In this document: in pieces, positions 38,416 to 64,000 of the stretch | Layout of the letters: every line of letters begins with the position of its first letter | How positions within the stretch are numbered: the first letter of the stretch is position 1 | Source: Octopus vulgaris | Lineage: Eukaryota | Length of the DNA: 64,000 nucleotides | Assembly (NCBI GenBank): GCA_951406725.2 | Contig: OX597827.1 | Location: forward strand, 73,222,001 to 73,286,000 | Direction of reading: 5' to 3' | Notes under the pieces: generated by a model | Told to the model about the DNA's origin: nothing | Databases searched by the model: none | The model's input: the letters and a program-made list of their open reading frames with translations, nothing else | Program-made: the position numbers and the translations under genes

Positions 38416-41400
38416 ATACAAATGATTAAAAGTGGTTGCTAGAATATAAGTATGGAAATATTTCACAGAAGAATGATAGTAACAATGAAAATTCAAGTGC
38501 AATAGATAGAAATAATTGTATACACGCTAGCGAAATGAAATATTTGATTGCGGATTAATAAGTCATTAGATATATTAATTAGTCCAAACTTAGATATTAA
38601 GAATTCAAGTGCCTCTATTCAACACAAATTGCAACTGATACCACCCTCTCTAAACTGACCCGGAAATAGAGGAATGAACGTTTCTATATTTAAGGTGTGG
38701 AGTAAATACGCTATTTACGTATTATGTAACTTGCACCTATTATTGTAAGAATGTAAATGATTACTCTAATTAGATTTGAATATTGACGTTGAAGCCCTCA
38801 TATAGCAGTATACTTTATCGGGTGTCTTATAGAAACATTTATATACTAAATTTATATGTAAACTCTGGTTACTAAAAGGGCAACTATATCGATCTTTAAA
38901 GTTACACATACTATCAGGTTTACTAGTTAGTGAAGAATTATTGGTTGTACTGCTACTAATGCTATAATTACGAGAATATTTACTTCTCCTTCTGTTCTTC
39001 TTTCTTTTCTCTCCCTCTCTCTTACCCTCTCTCCTATTTACTTGTATCACGTTCCTCTAGACTCACCCCATTCACCTCATAAATTTCCCTTTGGAAATCT
39101 CTGTTTGCTGTTACTCATATTTGGATAACTTCTCTTCTATCTAGAATGCACAGTTCATTATCCGCCCTTTGCTCTTTTGTGTCTGTGGATTTGGCGACAC
39201 AATCGATAGTATCTCTTTGTATATTAGCTTCTTGTGTATTTAATGTCTTTACTACACACATCTTTCTAGTACGTCAAACGAGTCACTTTCTCTCTAAGAC
39301 ATTCTAAGTCATTTCACTAATTGTAATTATTACTATGCTTATCCATCTACAATCGTATTGCACCGTTTTAATGACATGATGAAATGGCATCTTCGAGTTC
39401 TCTTTTAATATCACAAATTATCCAATAATCATTGTGAATATGTTCTATGGTGTTAAATGGTTTAACTATATCACTTATTACTGAAAAGATCGTAACAAAA
39501 TAACTGAGCAATGAATGTATGGGCGATATCGCCATTCCTTTATTTGTTATATAATACACACGCACACATATTTATATAGATATACACACACATATATATT
39601 TATGTGTATGTATATATTCTGCATGAATACATATGTTGATATATATATATATACATGCTTGCATTTATGTTTATATAAACATTTGCACACATTCACATAA
39701 AGAGAAATATAAATGTAGATATCCATATACACACATACAGACATACAGCAGCCAGACAAACAATGTTCCCTATTTGGAATAAATTAGAAATTCCTCAAAA
39801 CCAATATCTTGCAATTATGTGTCACTTTAATAGTTCCGCCACAAGGTGGAACACCACTAGATTCACATTCAACATGAAAATTATTTATTTCAAACAATAT
39901 TTCTCAAATTACTTACAATAAAATTAACAAAAAACAACAAATAATAATTTCTTTTTTGTGTGCCTTGTAACTAATTTGCATATATATCTTAATTTACCCG
40001 TTATGTTACCGTGAACTTATTTCTCATAATTCTTCAGTATCTCATTATTTATTCGTGATTTTGGCCAGGTCTAAACCGTACCCATGCTGATTTGTCCTTT
40101 TGATATGAAGCACGCAAAATATATTTTGTGAAGAAATAAGTTGTGAACCTTGGTCTAGCTGTTTCCAGTCGGTTAGTTATAAATAGGAAATCATATGGCT
40201 ATTTATATTGATGTCTCTGAAAATAAGTATAATAAACCTGATAGCTACATAAATCATGATACTGTTAACTTACCAAAAAACCAATGTTTTATGAGAGAAA
40301 GAAATTTTGTGGAAATCCTTTGAAAAAATATTTTTATCTTAGTTACACCTTGTGATGTTAAGATTTTAAACGTAAGATTAATATTTTGTTTAAAATATAA
40401 TTCTGTAAACCACCTGAATCTTACATAATTTCAAATATTTTCTGTTTTATCTGATATTCTATATTTCAAACTAAAGCCGTTTTCAGTTGATGAAGATCTT
40501 CGTAAATTGTCAAGAAAACATTTAAACGCATAAACATTAAGCATTCCCGAGCATACTCAATTCCCCCTACCGTCTATACCATATATCACCATGTCCCCTA
40601 TTCCTTCTTTTAAATTTCATATTAAAGGCAACCTCACTTGTATTGGGTCTTCCTTACTTTGTCATCACAATTCCCTGTCACTCATTATATCACATTCTTG
40701 GAACTTAAACAACACTGACCTGTACATAAATAAACGGCAAGCTTTCATTTCTTCACTTTGTCATTGTTATTTGAGAAGCATTAATTAAACTTCGAAGTTA
40801 CTGTCAACTTGAAAGAATAAATATTTCTCTGTATTTCCCGTATTTGAGTTTTTATTCAATGTTTTCTTTTGTGTTTGTGTATATATTTACTCAATATGTG
40901 TAAATCTATGTGTGTGTATGTGTTAATACGCGCGCGCATGTGTACGTCAATTTTGCTTTTCGTCCTTCCGAGATCGATAAAATATCTTTTCTACTTAAGG
41001 CCCGAAATTTTGGGGGAGGGGGGCAGTCGATATATATACCTACATTCATAGGAACATAATTATATCTTCCGTCTATGTACATAAATCCCAATTGTGATAT
41101 AAAATAAGAAATATTGAAGACGTTTTTGTCCCATTATTATCTTTGATAGAATTGTTACCTCTGAAGGTGTCAATATTTATAATAATTTTGTTGCGAAAAG
41201 GTGGCCGATGAAGAAGCGTTAGTGTGTTAAGTTGAATTCGTTGCAGAGTTTCGCTGAAGGCATCTCTGCTGGACAACTTTTGTTTTTCTTTTTAATCATT
41301 GCGGTGTCGTTAAAATAATTATCAGTGAAAAACCCGGTTTTACAGACACATTACTCATGTTATATGCATAACGTTATACTATGTTAGAAAGCAATATTTG

Positions 41401-41472
41401 TGCGATGCCTAATGATTATTAGAATGATGAGCCAGACATTGTGAGTGTGGGATCAATATTAGTGTGGTGAAT

Positions 41473-42130
41473 AAGGCAGCGAGCTGGTAGAATTGTTACC
41501 AGTCTGGACGAAATGTTTAGCTGTGTTTCATCCATCGCTACGTTCTGAAGTGAAATTCCGCCGAAGACGACTATGCCTTTCATCCTTTCGGTGTCGATAA
41601 ATTAAGTGCCAGTGAAACACTGGGGTCGATGTAATCGACTAGACCCCTCTCCAAGTTTCAGAACTTGTGTCTTTAGTAGAAAAAATTATTAGGGTGGTGA
41701 ATAAAATAAGGTGGGCATCTGGCAGAATCGTCAGCACACAGAGTGAAATGCTTAGCGTGATTTCGACCGTCTTTACGCTTTGAGTTCAAATTCTGCCGAG
41801 GTCAACGATGCCTTTCATTCTTTCGGAGGCGATAAAATATTTAATAGACTTGCTCTTCCTACTAAATTTCTGGCCTTGTGCCAAAATTTGAAACCATTAT
41901 TAGTGTGGTGAATGGAGCGTCGAGCGAGCAGTTTTTTAGAGCAGTGACAGAATGCATAGCAGGATTACTTTTCACCCCTACATTTTGAGTTCAAATTGAG
42001 CCGATGGTGACCTTGCACTTCTTCGTTTCGGATTTGATAAAATAAATAGTAGTGAGCACTGAGATCGATGTAATCGATCCCCGCTCCACCTATATTGTTT
42101 GCCTTGTACAAAAGAAAATTTGAAAATAAA
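41473..42130 (+). mobile_element. Three consecutive family C SINEs
   Basis: Each is preceded by ATTAG(T/G)GTGGTGAAT (41458, 41688, 41899). Confidence 0.8.
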
Positions 42131-43942
42131 ATATTCAGACTGTACAATGTTGTGTGAGAGAGAGGAATGGTAAAATGTGCGTTCGCGTTTATGGGGGCGG
42201 TATGGGGTTGTTTGTATGCGAAAGAGAGAAAAATATAGAGTGAAAAAGAGAGAAGTGTAGAGCTTACCATTTCATTAAAATTATCAGTTTTTCACCATCT
42301 GTTTTCTCGAGTAATCCCTGTTTTAGCCCATGTATTATTTTGAGATAATTTTGGTGTTTAGGGACGTGTTTAGGATAAAATGACAAACATCAACGTTTAT
42401 AGATATAAATAAATTTATTAATTCGCATGACTGACCAGAGTTTATAATCATAGCTTCATTTATACAGATTACACAAAACATTACACGATTATATTGATTT
42501 ATGCATATATATAAGCATCTGTTTTTCGTCACAGATTCGATTATTTATATAAATATAATAGGAGGATTTTTTTGACTGAGCACCAAGCAAAATGTGGATG
42601 AATTAAAATATTACAGATCAATATTTTGTTGATCGAAGCAACGATATTGACACCAACTGCATGTCCACGAATCAAGAAAGCAAGAGTTATGGATGAATAG
42701 AGAGATCATTAACACTAAAGACAGAAACATTTGAAGTGTATGATCTGAGAGGAAAGCGTCAGTATATGACTTGTGAAGAACGCATGGGATATAATTCTGA
42801 TCGGCGAGGATACACACTGTGTATAAATGCGATGGATATCGAGGGTATATGGATAGAAAGGGCAACAATTGTATACTTATTGAGATGAGAGACGAGATAT
42901 TTCAGTAATCATGGCACCATAGTATGTGAATTAGGAAGACTCCAGTTATCTTTGAACTGAAGAATACTATTAACTGAAATGACAGCAACATTATATGAAA
43001 GAAGCTACCATCCTTGTATGGATAGAGACAGGAGAAATGGTAAATGAAGCGGTGGTGTATCAATTGAGAGGATAACTGTGCTACGTGAATTGGTTTGTAT
43101 TAAAACATTGTCGCTGTTTCGAAGTAGCTGAACGTTACCTCTCGAAATTGTAGGAATGTCAAATGTTATATAATATTAAAATGTAGGATATCAAGTGGGT
43201 TGATTTAATATAAGAAACGATAAAAAAGTGAGAAATATATAGACAAAATATTGAAAATGGAGAGAGGGGCAAAGGAGACTGATTGTAATAAATCAGCACA
43301 TAAAATACTGTAAGATATATAATTAAGAAAAATGTGAATAAGAGCAATGACTCAAAAGATTAAATTACATTAATTTGGATAAAGTAATGCTGTATACACA
43401 CAATAGAAAAAAAATTAGTGATTAATCTTAGTTAGAGACAATAAAAATGAATTTAGCCCCAATTGCGGCCAAGACTAAAAAAAAAGTGGTAATAATTCCA
43501 AGATATCAATATTAACATTTCATAGTTAATTGACTTGTGTAGGAGAGAAAAACCTCAATCATTTATTTATAGGCAAGGAGAGCCATATTTTCGTTTGTTG
43601 AAAACCATAAATTTAGCGCATCCTTTCTAAGGGTTCCTGACGAATTAACATTGACATTTCGGGAAGAAAAAGTGTTCCGAATTAATTTTGGTCACTGTAA
43701 TAAGCATAAGGTATTTTTTCCAAATTATGCTCATAGTTGGCCTATATGTGTAAACAAAGATGACGCCTGCCTCGTAGCATGTAAATTAATTTTGAGAGAC
43801 GAATTCTTATCTTCTTGAAATGGTTTTCCTTTTCCTTTGAGAGATACAAAGAATTCCCGCGAGGCTTTTGTTTTCTTTATTCAACAAACAAGTAATTGTT
43901 TTGCATAATGGAGGTTCTCTAAAAAGATTCACTCTTTACACA

Positions 43943-63696
<19,754 letters not shown>

Positions 63697-64000
63697 CTGT
63701 AAATAAAACGTAAAATGTTTTGGAAGGAAATATGTGTAAAATTATACTGAAGCACTATTAAACAATGTAATAAAATACTATCGTAATATAATATTATAAT
63801 ATAAATTTCGATTCCATTACAGGGCATCCAACGTATTTCACAGCGTTGCACAGCGTCAGTCTTCGAAACAAAATAGCAAATTTTAGATCAATGATAAAAC
63901 ACAAAGTACTATAGTGCTTGCTTCAGTGAGATGAATCTGGCATGTAAAGCACATATGAAACGATAGAACGCCAAAGCAGTCACTTAACCATCTAGAAATA

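Noticed and set aside
42600-43100. LINE endonuclease remnant (DRDRRNG..GGV)
   Set aside because: Similarity too faint to call without a profile search.
27118-43900. Alternative ETHR-A/B-type 3' exon
   Set aside because: No second hydrophobic TM4-TM7 coding segment was seen in intron 2 or downstream.

Overview
AT-rich, microsatellite-laden animal genomic DNA. The SINE/LINE/microsatellite landscape suggests an octopus (coleoid cephalopod); this is an inference. Two intron-containing genes converge. (1) On +, a complete 3-coding-exon class A peptide GPCR (11653-12052, 26684-27117, 29036-29599; 465 aa) most like ecdysis-triggering-hormone receptors (ETHR; TRHR/GHSR-related). (2) On -, the 3' half of a tandem-domain receptor-type protein tyrosine phosphatase, mostly missed by the ORF track. 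Nine confident exons run from 63696 to the stop at 43943. D1 has intact WPD and VHCSAGVGRTG motifs; D2 is degenerate (WAD, HCSDKFHKSG). The rest is repeat-derived: at least 4 tRNA-derived SINE families, R4/Dong, L1/Tx1, RTE, CR1 and Penelope-like remnants, Tc1/mariner pieces, a Helitron end and a HINE. Also present are a 4.6-kb 33-34-bp minisatellite in GPCR intron 1 (not CRISPR), several long fold-back palindromes, and four minimal hammerhead-ribozyme motifs in short (TA)n-anchored elements. Most ORFs in the supplied track are microsatellite artefacts. All family assignments are from motif recognition by eye; no search was run.
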